From Elusimicrobiota bacterium (GTDB taxonomy: Bacteria > Elusimicrobiota > Elusimicrobia > UBA1565 > JACRDR01), in the NCBI GenBank assembly GCA_041694815.1, contig JBGFSC010000025.1, forward strand, positions 8,893-72,892: a stretch of DNA of 64,000 bases. Direction: 5' to 3'. The position numbers and the translations under genes are program-made. Numbering within the stretch: the first letter of the stretch is position 1; the number at the start of each line of letters is the position of its first letter. Of the stretch, positions 43,063 through 51,264 are shown piece after piece. Below the pieces are notes generated by a model, which was given only the letters and a program-made list of their open reading frames with translations, was not told the origin of the DNA and ran no database searches.

Positions 43063-44132
43063 GGGGGCGTCCCTCGAAGATCGTCCATATCCGCGTTCGC
43101 GCGCTCGACGCGCCGATGTCGGAGCCTTTCGAAATCGCGGGGGGGTCGCAGGCACAGGTCCGCAACGTCCTAGTCGAGGCGACGCTGCAAGACGGCTCGG
43201 TCGGCTGGGGCGAGTGCGCCCCCTTTGCCTCCTTCAACGGCGAGACGCAGGCCTCAACTCTGCGCGCCGTGCGGGCGGAGGGGCCAGCCCTGGAGGGGAT
43301 GGACGCCTCCGCCTTCGAGCCGATCGCCCGGCGGCTTGAGCGGCGCCTGGAGGGGGCGGCGCGGGCGGGCCTGGAGATGGCGGTGCTCGACGCCTGGGCG
43401 CGGCAGCGGCGCATACCCCTCTGGATTTATTTCGGCGGCCGCGGCCACACGCTCGCGACCGATATCACGATCCCCATCACGGCGCCCCCCCAGGCGGCCC
43501 GGGCGGCGCGGCGCATTTGGGCCCGTGGCGTCGGCACGATCAAGATCAAGGTCGGCAGGGATCTCGACGAGGACTTCGCCCGAGTGAGGGCGGTAAGCGC
43601 CGCGGCCCCGAAGGCCGCGCTGATCCTCGACGCCAATCAGGGGTATTCGGCGAAAACAGCGCTCCGACTGCTGCGCTTGCTTTCAGGCAAAGGCATCCGT
43701 CCCGCACTTTTCGAGCAGCCCGTCTCCAAGGATGACTGGCAAGGACTGGCGGCGGTTTCCAAGCACGGCGGCATTCCCGTCGCCGCCGACGAGACCGTTT
43801 CGAGCCGCGGCGACGCCTACCGCATGGCGCGCCTGAAGGCTGCCTCCGTCATCAACATCAAGCTCATGAAATACGGCATCCACGAGGCGCTCGATATCGC
43901 CCGCATCGCGCGCGCCGCGGGCCTGGGCCTGATGATCGGCGGCATGATCGAGTCGTACCTGGCGATGGGCTGCGCCGCGCACTTGGCCGCCGGGCTCGGC
44001 GGCTTTAGCTTCGTGGACCTCGACACCCCCCTCTGGTTCGCCCGCAACCCGATGCGCGGCCTTTCCCTGCGGCCCGGCGGGCTCTACCGGCTCTCCGGTG
44101 TTCGCGCGGGCATCGGGGTCCGGCCAAGGTAA
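43059..44132 (+). CDS. Dipeptide epimerase (L-Ala-D/L-Glu epimerase type, enolase superfamily)
   Basis: KIKVG, LILDANQGY, FEQP and VAADE motifs, and the INIKLMKYG pattern of MR/MLE enzymes. It overlaps the dipeptidase gene by ATGA. Confidence 0.8.
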   Translation: MRGRPSKIVHIRVRALDAPMSEPFEIAGGSQAQVRNVLVEATLQDGSVGWGECAPFASFNGETQASTLRAVRAEGPALEGMDASAFEPIARRLERRLEGAARAGLEMAVLDAWARQRRIPLWIYFGGRGHTLATDITIPITAPPQAARAARRIWARGVGTIKIKVGRDLDEDFARVRAVSAAAPKAALILDANQGYSAKTALRLLRLLSGKGIRPALFEQPVSKDDWQGLAAVSKHGGIPVAADETVSSRGDAYRMARLKAASVINIKLMKYGIHEALDIARIARAAGLGLMIGGMIESYLAMGCAAHLAAGLGGFSFVDLDTPLWFARNPMRGLSLRPGGLYRLSGVRAGIGVRPR

Positions 44133-44145
44133 CGGCGCCTCGGCC

Positions 44146-44194
44146 TTGACAGCGGGGATTCAGACAGGGTACAATTACTTACCGGTCGGTAAGT
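44146..44194 (+). promoter_or_regulatory. Promoter plus palindromic operator of the TetR gene
   Basis: TTGACA - 18 nt - TACAAT. It is immediately followed by ACTTACCG-gt-CGGTAAGT (44177-44194), which ends 1 nt before the ATG. Confidence 0.6.
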
Positions 44195-44195
44195 C

Positions 44196-44804
44196 ATGAA
44201 AACGCCCAATAGAAGCGCCCGAGAGCGCATACTAGAGGAAGCCGAGCATCTCATCCACGTGCACGGCTACCGCGGCACCAGCCTCGAGGAGATCGCGCGG
44301 CGCTGCCGCATGACCAAGGCCAATCTGTTCCACCATTTCCGATCGAAAGAAGACCTGGGCCTGGCGGTGCTCGACTACAAGATCGCCTGCTACCGGCGCT
44401 GCCTCGACGCCGCCTTCGGCCAGGCCCGCGGCGCGGAGGAGGCGATCGCCGAGCTTTTCGCCCAAACGGCGCGCTTTCATCGCGGCAATGGGTGCAGGGC
44501 CGGCTGCTTCATCGGCAACATCGCCCTCGAGATGAGCGACATCAACCCCCGCTTCCGCGAGCGCGCGGCTGCCTTCTTCGAGGATTGGGTGTCGCGCGTG
44601 GCCGCCGCCCTCGAGAACGGAGGCCAAACGGCTGGCCGCGCCGCGCGCGCCGCGGCCGAGACGATCCTTTCCCTATATGAAGGCGCCACCATGCTCGCGC
44701 GCGCCAGCCGCGACCCCGCGGTATTGGACCGTGCGAAGGAAAGCGCCTTACAGATACTACGGTCCATTCCGGAAAAAAAGGAGGTGAGCGTTCATGGGAC
44801 CTAA
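44196..44804 (+). CDS. TetR-family transcriptional regulator
   Basis: The N-terminal HTH is RILEEAEHLIHVHGYRGTSLEEIARRCRMTKANLFHHFRSKEDL. Confidence 0.9.
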   Translation: MKTPNRSARERILEEAEHLIHVHGYRGTSLEEIARRCRMTKANLFHHFRSKEDLGLAVLDYKIACYRRCLDAAFGQARGAEEAIAELFAQTARFHRGNGCRAGCFIGNIALEMSDINPRFRERAAAFFEDWVSRVAAALENGGQTAGRAARAAAETILSLYEGATMLARASRDPAVLDRAKESALQILRSIPEKKEVSVHGT

Positions 44805-44914
44805 AACCCCCTGTGGTTGCTAACGCGAAAGAACCGTGACGGGGGCCGCGCCCGCGACCCCCGTCATACTTTTTGCAGTTGTGGGCCGATACGAAATGTC
44901 GTACGCTACCCTGG

Positions 44915-45433
44915 ATGAGCCGGCCGGCCTGGATAAGGGGGCTTTTGCTGACGGGCACGCTGGGCGCCCTCGTGTACTGGAATTGGGAACCCGCGGACTC
45001 CGGCCGTGCGAGGGAGGGCTCTCCGGCGCCTTCCTTGCATCTTAGGGACGTAGCCGGGCAAAGCATAGCCCTGCCGCGCGGCAAGGTGGTGCTGCTGGAC
45101 TTTTGGACCACCTGGTGCGCCTCCTGCACGGAGGAATTGCCGCAATTGCGCGAGCTCTATCGAAAGTTCCGCGGGCGCAATTTCGAACTACTGGCGGCCT
45201 CGCTGGATGAGGACGGTAAGCGCGCCCTCATCCCGTTCATCGCCCAACAGAACGTGCCCTGGCCAGTCGCGCTCGCTGATTCCGGCGCCGCTGCCGCCTA
45301 CGGCGTCTACGGCCTGCCGACCAAGATACTCATCGACGAGCGGGGGATCGTCTCACGCCGCTACGTCGGCCCCATCGACGCCGGCGTCCTAGAGCGCGAC
45401 ATCGAAAATCTACTGTCAAGGAGAAAAGCATGA
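44915..45433 (+). CDS. TlpA/ResA-type membrane-anchored thiol-disulfide oxidoreductase
   Basis: VVLLDFWTTWCASCTEELPQL (CxxC). An N-terminal anchor is present. The start could also be the TTG at 44873. Confidence 0.8.
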   Translation: MSRPAWIRGLLLTGTLGALVYWNWEPADSGRAREGSPAPSLHLRDVAGQSIALPRGKVVLLDFWTTWCASCTEELPQLRELYRKFRGRNFELLAASLDEDGKRALIPFIAQQNVPWPVALADSGAAAAYGVYGLPTKILIDERGIVSRRYVGPIDAGVLERDIENLLSRRKA

Positions 45434-46407
45434 TCCGGCGACTATTGCCCTGCTGCGCCGTCCTTCTCGCCCCGCTCGCCCAAGCGGCGGAGCTCGACGA
45501 GAAGGCACTTTATAAGCACATCCAGAAGACCTTCAACGCGCCGGCCGAAATCGAGTTCTCCCTCAAGGGCCTCGCCCCATCGAAAATCCCCGGCTTCCTG
45601 GCTGGTGAACTGCAATCTAGCTACCGCGGCAACACGCGCAACCAACCGATCCTGGTTTCCTCCGATGGGAGGCATTACGTGCTCAGCGACATCTACGAGC
45701 TCGAGCCCTCCAAGCAGTTCAAGGATCTCTCGGCCTCCCGACCCGCGGAGGGGATTCCCGCCGTGCACGTCAGCTCGGACCTCAAGTACTTTTTCATGGG
45801 CGACTTGCGGGACTTGAGCGTCGATCCCGACGCCGTGAACATGTCCAAGATCCAACTCTCGGGAGCCTTGAGCCGCGGCTCGAACTCGGCGCCGGTCACC
45901 GTCGTGGAATTCTCGGACCTCCAGTGCCCTTATTGCCGCAACGCCCACATGGCACTCGAGGAGAATCTGCTCAAGACTTACGGAAAGAAGGTCCGCTGGG
46001 TCTTCAAGCATTTCCCCCTCACCTCGATACATCCCTGGGCCTATCCGGCGGCGATCGCCACCAGCTGCGCCGCACTCCAGAGCCAGGAAGCGGCCTGGAA
46101 GCTCGAGGCTCTGATCTTCCAGGACCAAGAGAAGCTCAACACCTCCAACTTCAAGGAGAAGGCCCTAGAACACGCGAAAAAGGTGGGCCTCAAGGCGCAG
46201 CCGTTCGAAAACTGCTTCGACAAGCAGGAGACGAAACCGGCCGTGGAGGCCGACATGCAGGAGGCCCGGAACCTCCAGGTCAATTCGACTCCGACCTTCT
46301 TCGTCAACGGCCGCCAGATCGCGGGCTTCCGCAATTTCGACAGCATCAAGACGCTCATCGACCAGATGCTATCCGAGAAAGACGCCGAGAAATCCAAGGC
46401 CCGTTAG
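45430..46407 (+). CDS. DsbA-family thioredoxin-fold protein with an N-terminal extra domain
   Basis: Signal peptide. VTVVEFSDLQCPYCRNAH...FKHFPL...VNSTPTFFVNG. It overlaps the TlpA-type gene by ATGA. Confidence 0.85.
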   Translation: MIRRLLPCCAVLLAPLAQAAELDEKALYKHIQKTFNAPAEIEFSLKGLAPSKIPGFLAGELQSSYRGNTRNQPILVSSDGRHYVLSDIYELEPSKQFKDLSASRPAEGIPAVHVSSDLKYFFMGDLRDLSVDPDAVNMSKIQLSGALSRGSNSAPVTVVEFSDLQCPYCRNAHMALEENLLKTYGKKVRWVFKHFPLTSIHPWAYPAAIATSCAALQSQEAAWKLEALIFQDQEKLNTSNFKEKALEHAKKVGLKAQPFENCFDKQETKPAVEADMQEARNLQVNSTPTFFVNGRQIAGFRNFDSIKTLIDQMLSEKDAEKSKAR

Positions 46408-46448
46408 CCGTTGTTCTAGACATCTGCCCGAGGGATGTGGTATGATGG

Positions 46449-46471
46449 TTATTGAAATTAAGTTTCAATAA
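46449..46471. promoter_or_regulatory. Candidate Fur box
   Basis: An AT-rich perfect inverted repeat, TTATTGAAA-ttaag-TTTCAATAA, ends 7 nt before the feoA ATG. A fur-family gene closes the same operon. Confidence 0.55.
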
Positions 46472-46477
46472 TCTCGA

Positions 46478-46711
46478 ATGAGCCTCGAAGAGCTGCGCGA
46501 GGGCGAAAGGGCTTTTTTTGTGGGGTACGACCCGAATTTTTCGGCGCGCTGGCGCCGCCGGTTCGAGGACTTGGGCTTGCTGCCCGACACCCCCGTCGCC
46601 TGCGAACGCCGGGCCCCGTGGGGAGATCCGATCTCATTCCGCGTCCGGGGCACGCTGCTATGCCTGCGCCGCGACGAAGCGCGGCTCATGCGCGTGCGGC
46701 GCGCGCCGTGA
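46478..46711 (+). CDS. feoA: Ferrous iron transport protein A
   Basis: 77 aa with a FeoA SH3-like pattern (LREGERAFFVGY...LEDLGLLPDTPV...ISFRVRGTLLCLRRDEA). Confidence 0.85.
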   Translation: MSLEELREGERAFFVGYDPNFSARWRRRFEDLGLLPDTPVACERRAPWGDPISFRVRGTLLCLRRDEARLMRVRRAP

Positions 46712-48606
46712 CCCCGGCGGCCGCGCCCGAATTGGAAAAGACCGCGACCATCGCCTTGGTCGGCGCTCCCAACAGCGGCAAGACCACGTTGTTCAACGGC
46801 ATTACGGGCCTGCGCCAAAAGGTGGCGAATTATCCCGGCGTCACCGTCGAAAAGAAAGAGGGGTGGCTGAATTCCGGAGGGCGCTTGCTGCGCCTCCTGG
46901 ATCTGCCCGGCATCTACAGCCTCGAGGCGCAGACCCCCGAAGAGCTCGTCGCCTGCTCGATACTCTCCCCGGGAAGCTCCTACGAACGAAGGCCGGACGC
47001 CCTCTTAGTCGTCCTGGATGGAAGCGCCTTGGAGCGCTCCCTGGCCCTGTTCGCCTCGCTAACCGCCCTGGGGCTTCCCATGGCCTGCGTCTTGACGATG
47101 TCCGACGAGATCAAGGCGCGCGGCGGAAGGCTTGACGAGGGCGCCCTCGCCGAAGCCCTCGGGGTGCCCGTCGCCGCCGTCGTCGGCCATCGGGGCATCG
47201 GATTGGAGGGCGTGCTGCGCATGGTCGACGGCTGGAAACGATGGCCCGTCGCCGCCGCGCTCGAGCAGCCGCCCAGCGCCGAAAGGCGCTACGGCTGGGC
47301 CATCGGCGTCTTGGCCCGGTCTTTCGGCGGGCGCATGAGCGAGGATTCCCTGACGCGGCGCATCGACCGCTGGGTGCTGCACCCCCTCGCCGGGCCGGCC
47401 CTGTTTTTGCTCGTCATGGGCCTTTTCTTCCAATCGATTTTTTCCTGGGCCCAGCCCCTCATGGAAGCCCTCTCCTCGGCGGTCGACGCGGCCGGCGTCA
47501 TGGCCGCCGCCTTGCTTCCCGCCGGGATTTGGCGCGGGGCCGTGGTCGACGGGCTCATCCGCGGCGTCGGCTCGGTGGTGGTCTTCCTTCCCCAAATCAT
47601 GATCCTGTTCTTCCTCTTATTCCTGCTCGAGGACGTCGGCTACATGCCGCGAGCGGCCTTCTTGATGGACCGCATCATGGGCTGGGCCGGCCTCCAAGGC
47701 CGCTGCTTCGTGGCGCTGCTTTCCTCCTACGCCTGCGCGGTTCCGGGCATCATGGCGACCCGCTCGATTCCCTCCCCCCAAGACCGGCTGGCGACCATAC
47801 TCGTCGCGCCATTTATGACCTGCTCGGCCCGCCTGCCGGTTTACGCCTTGCTGATCGGGGCGTTCGTCCCGGACCGCCCGGTGCTGGGGCCGATGCGCTC
47901 CCAAGGGGTGGCGCTCTTGTCGCTCTACCTCATCGGGAGCGCCTCGGCCTTCGCGGCCGCCTGGCTGCTGCGCTCGAAACTGCTCATCGGCGACGCGACG
48001 CCCTTCTACATCGAGCTGCCCCCCTATCGTTTCCCTTCGCTTAAGAGCGTCTCGCTCGCCATGCTGGACCGGGCGAAGTTGTTTTTGCGCCGCGCCGGCA
48101 CGATGATACTAGCCGCCAGCCTTGGCGTCTGGTTCCTGCTCCATTTTCCCCGGCCGCCGCAGATGGATTCCCTGAGCCCGGACGCCCGCATGCAGCATAG
48201 CCTCGCGGGGCGCATCGGGAAGGCACTGGAGCCGGTGTTCGCCCCGCTCGGCTTCGATTGGAGGATCAACGTGACGGTCTTGGGGTCGCTGGTCGCGCGC
48301 GAGATGGCGGTCTCGACCTTAGCACAGATCTACGCGGTCGAGGTCGAGCAAGGGGACGCCCCCCTCCGGCGCGTCCTGCGCGAAGGACGGGGCCCCGACG
48401 GTCGGGCCCTCATGACTCCCGCGACCGCCTTGGCCCTATTGGCCTTCTTCATCTACGCGCTGCAATGCACCTCGACGCTGGCCGTCATCCGAAGGGAAAC
48501 CAACGGCTGGCGCTGGCCCGCCTTCGCCTTCGCCTATATGTTGGCCTGCGCCTGGATCGCCGGGAGCATCGCCTACCGCGTCGGCGCCGCCATGGGATGG
48601 AGCTGA
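46708..48606 (+). CDS. feoB: Ferrous iron transporter FeoB
   Basis: G-domain IALVGAPNSGKTTLFN...YPGVTVE...DLPG, plus a polytopic C-terminal permease. The GTG start overlaps the feoA stop (GTGA). Confidence 0.9.
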   Translation: MTPAAAPELEKTATIALVGAPNSGKTTLFNGITGLRQKVANYPGVTVEKKEGWLNSGGRLLRLLDLPGIYSLEAQTPEELVACSILSPGSSYERRPDALLVVLDGSALERSLALFASLTALGLPMACVLTMSDEIKARGGRLDEGALAEALGVPVAAVVGHRGIGLEGVLRMVDGWKRWPVAAALEQPPSAERRYGWAIGVLARSFGGRMSEDSLTRRIDRWVLHPLAGPALFLLVMGLFFQSIFSWAQPLMEALSSAVDAAGVMAAALLPAGIWRGAVVDGLIRGVGSVVVFLPQIMILFFLLFLLEDVGYMPRAAFLMDRIMGWAGLQGRCFVALLSSYACAVPGIMATRSIPSPQDRLATILVAPFMTCSARLPVYALLIGAFVPDRPVLGPMRSQGVALLSLYLIGSASAFAAAWLLRSKLLIGDATPFYIELPPYRFPSLKSVSLAMLDRAKLFLRRAGTMILAASLGVWFLLHFPRPPQMDSLSPDARMQHSLAGRIGKALEPVFAPLGFDWRINVTVLGSLVAREMAVSTLAQIYAVEVEQGDAPLRRVLREGRGPDGRALMTPATALALLAFFIYALQCTSTLAVIRRETNGWRWPAFAFAYMLACAWIAGSIAYRVGAAMGWS

Positions 48607-48610
48607 TCGG

Positions 48611-49081
48611 ATGCCGGAATTGACCTATTTCGACCGCAATGGCCGGGCCGACTACGCCGAGCGCCTGCGCTCCGCCTTCCGGAAGCATCTCGAAAAAAAC
48701 GGCCTCCGCCTGACCTCGCAGCGCCGCCGGATACTCGACTTCATGCTCCGCACGGAACGGCACGTCAGCCTCCAGGAGATTTACGAGGCGGTGCGCAAGT
48801 ATGGCATCGGCCGCGTTACCGTTTTCCGCACGCTCAAAATGCTCGAGCAGGGGAGGCTGGCCGACCGCATCAGCAACGCGGCCGGGGGCTCGCGCTTCGA
48901 AATCAGGCTCGAACGCCCCCACCATGACCACCTCATCTGCATCGCCTGCGGAAGCATCCAAGAAGTCCGTTGGCCGCAGCTCGAACAAATCCAGGAGAAG
49001 GCCTGCCGAGACAGAGGATTCGAGATATCCTGGCACCGGCACGAGATATTCGGGCGCTGCAGCCGCTGCAGGCCACGCTGA
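48611..49081 (+). CDS. fur: Fur-family metalloregulator
   Basis: LRLTSQRRRILDFMLRTERHVSLQEIY..., HHDHLICIACGSIQEV, and a C-terminal CSRC. Confidence 0.85.
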   Translation: MPELTYFDRNGRADYAERLRSAFRKHLEKNGLRLTSQRRRILDFMLRTERHVSLQEIYEAVRKYGIGRVTVFRTLKMLEQGRLADRISNAAGGSRFEIRLERPHHDHLICIACGSIQEVRWPQLEQIQEKACRDRGFEISWHRHEIFGRCSRCRPR

Positions 49082-49102
49082 CCCCCCGGCCCGGAAACGA
49101 TT

Positions 49103-50323
49103 TTGTATAATCGGCCGGTGCCGAACGCTTCCCGCGGCAAAAATATAGCCTTCCTGCTCTCGGCCGCGGGGATATGCTTTCCCTGGCTTCTCGCGCGCCT
49201 GGGAGGCGCCGCATTCCCCCAGCCGTGGGCCGTATTTATTCCCGGACTTTGCATCCTAGGTTCCGCCTTCCTGTTGACTTGGGCGGCCGAGGCCGCGGAG
49301 GTCGATATCCCGCAAGGGATCGCCATCGCGCTCTTGGCGCTCATCGCCGTGCTTCCCGAGTACGCGGTCGACGTGTATTTCGCGTGGATGGCGGGCAAAC
49401 AGCCCGAATACACCGCCTACGCGACCGCCAACATGACCGGCGCCAACCGCCTCCTCATCGGCGTAGGCTGGCCCTCCGTGCTGGCGGCCTCCTGGTGGAA
49501 ATACGGCAAGCGCGCCATCCACATCAGCCAAGCCAACGCGGTGGAGCTCGTCACCTTGCTGGCCGCCACCCTCTACGCCTTCGCCATCCCGCTTAAATCC
49601 ACCCTCTCGCTCGTCGATACCGCGATCTTCTTCCTGTTCTTCTGCCTATACGCGTACCGTTCGGCGCAGAGCCACGGCGAGCCGCCCGAGCTCGAGGGCC
49701 CGGCGGAGCTCATCGGACGCATGCCGACCGCCCAAAGGCGCGCGGCGATCATCGCGATGTTCCTCTTCGCGGCCGTCGCGATCTGCCTGTCCGCCGAACC
49801 CTTTGCCGAGGGCATACTGGACGCGGGGCGGCATTGGGGCATCGAGGAGTTCATCCTCGTGCAATGGCTCGCCCCGCTCGCCTCGGAGGCTCCGGAGTTC
49901 ATCGTGGCGCTTCTGTTCGCGCTCAAAGGGAAGGCGGCGACGGCGCTGCGCGCCCTGGTTTCCTCGAAGGTCAACCAATGGACGCTGCTGGTCGGCATGC
50001 TTCCCTTGGCCTTCTCGCTATCGAGCCAAAGCCTGGCTCCGATGGCCTTAGACGCCCGGCAGACGGAGGAGATATTCCTGACGGCCGCTCAATCGCTGTT
50101 TGCCCTCGCCGCGCTCATGAACCTGGAGTTCACGATCAAGGAAGCGGTGGCCCTTTTCGGCCTCTTTACGATCCAGCTGGTCTTCCAAAGCCCTCAAGCC
50201 CGATTTTTGTTCGCCGGCTTTTACCTCGCCGGGACCGCGCTGCTTCTGGCGACGCAGCGCCAGCGCTTGAGCCGCCTGCGCGAGCTGGTGCTCTACGCCG
50301 TAAAACGCCAGAATGAGTTATAA
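49103..50323 (+). CDS. Na+/Ca2+ exchanger (CaCA) family membrane protein
   Basis: Two alpha-repeat-like regions (WAAEAAEVDIPQGIAIALLALIAVLPEYAVD and WLAPLASEAPEFIVALLFALKGK) and about 10 TM segments. The TTG start is uncertain. Confidence 0.7.
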   Translation: MYNRPVPNASRGKNIAFLLSAAGICFPWLLARLGGAAFPQPWAVFIPGLCILGSAFLLTWAAEAAEVDIPQGIAIALLALIAVLPEYAVDVYFAWMAGKQPEYTAYATANMTGANRLLIGVGWPSVLAASWWKYGKRAIHISQANAVELVTLLAATLYAFAIPLKSTLSLVDTAIFFLFFCLYAYRSAQSHGEPPELEGPAELIGRMPTAQRRAAIIAMFLFAAVAICLSAEPFAEGILDAGRHWGIEEFILVQWLAPLASEAPEFIVALLFALKGKAATALRALVSSKVNQWTLLVGMLPLAFSLSSQSLAPMALDARQTEEIFLTAAQSLFALAALMNLEFTIKEAVALFGLFTIQLVFQSPQARFLFAGFYLAGTALLLATQRQRLSRLRELVLYAVKRQNEL

Positions 50324-50336
50324 TTTAATCCCTAAC

Positions 50337-50408
50337 GCGCCCATAGCTCAAAGGATAGAGTGTTGGCCTGCGAAGCCGAAGATCCAGGTTCGATTCCTGG
50401 TGGGCGCA
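50337..50408 (+). tRNA. tRNA-Arg (anticodon GCG by manual folding)
   Basis: Cloverleaf: acceptor GCGCCCA/TGGGCGC, D arm GCTC-AAAGGATA-GAGT, anticodon arm TTGGC-CTGCGAA-GCCGA, T arm CCAGG-TTCGATT-CCTGG, discriminator A. No CCA is encoded. Confidence 0.85.
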
Positions 50409-50604
50409 ATTCTTTTCTTGCGGAATCGCCACGCCTCGCTCGGCCGCCCAGCGGCAGAACCGTAGGCCTCCGTCCGAGATTCCGCTAAAAATAACTGTTG
50501 TAATAATGTCCACGATATGTAATAATAAAAAGGCTTGACCAACGCCGCGCGCCGGTACTAGACTACATCGACTCCACATCCCGCAAAAAGGAAACGGCAA
50601 AAAC

Positions 50605-51264
50605 ATGGACCAGAAAACCTTCACGACGTTCCAAGTCGCAAAGATCGCGGCGGTATTTCCAACGACCGTCATCAACTGGATCAATAAGGGAAAGCTGCCC
50701 GCGCATCGCACGCCCGGCGGTCACCGTCGCGTGCAGCTCGCCGACCTGCTGGCCTTCCTGCGCAAGTACAACATGCCCATCCCCGCCGGCCTCGACACCG
50801 GCGTCTGGGAGCGCAAGAAGGTGCTCGTCGTCGATGACGACCCGGTGGTCGGCACGATGTTGCGCAAGGCCTTCGGCAAATACCCCGAATTCTTCGACGC
50901 CCGGGAAGTTAGGGACGGCGTCGAGGCCCTGGTCCTCATCGGAAAATGGATGCCCGACCTGGTCATTCTCGACGCCGTGATGCCGGTCGTAGACGGGATG
51001 AGGGTCTGCGCCTCGCTGAAGGCGGACCCGCAGACTAGCGGCATCAAGATCATCGCCGTCACGGGCAAGAAGCTCTCCGACTCCCAACGACAGTACCTCC
51101 AGTCCAACACCGATGGGTATTTCAGCAAGCCGCTCGATCTCCTTCAATTGCTCGGCACCGCCGCCAGACTACTCAAACTACCAGAGGACCGCATCCATCA
51201 TGACACCCCCCGAGTTCGAAAAGACCACCGCCATAAAGCTGCTTCTCAAGTATCTTCAAGCTGA
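50605..51264 (+). CDS. Response regulator with an N-terminal excisionase/MerR-type HTH (HTH_17-REC)
   Basis: FTTFQVAKIAAVFPTTVINWINKGKLPAHRTPGGHRRV, followed by the receiver domain VLVVDDDP...DLVILDAVMPVVDG...IIAVTGK...FSKP. Confidence 0.8.
   Translation: MDQKTFTTFQVAKIAAVFPTTVINWINKGKLPAHRTPGGHRRVQLADLLAFLRKYNMPIPAGLDTGVWERKKVLVVDDDPVVGTMLRKAFGKYPEFFDAREVRDGVEALVLIGKWMPDLVILDAVMPVVDGMRVCASLKADPQTSGIKIIAVTGKKLSDSQRQYLQSNTDGYFSKPLDLLQLLGTAARLLKLPEDRIHHDTPRVRKDHRHKAASQVSSS

Noticed and set aside
50325-50711. A 128-aa minus-strand ORF covering tRNA-Arg and the AT-rich spacer
   Set aside because: It overlaps a well-folding tRNA gene and the start of the HTH-REC gene, and has no SD.
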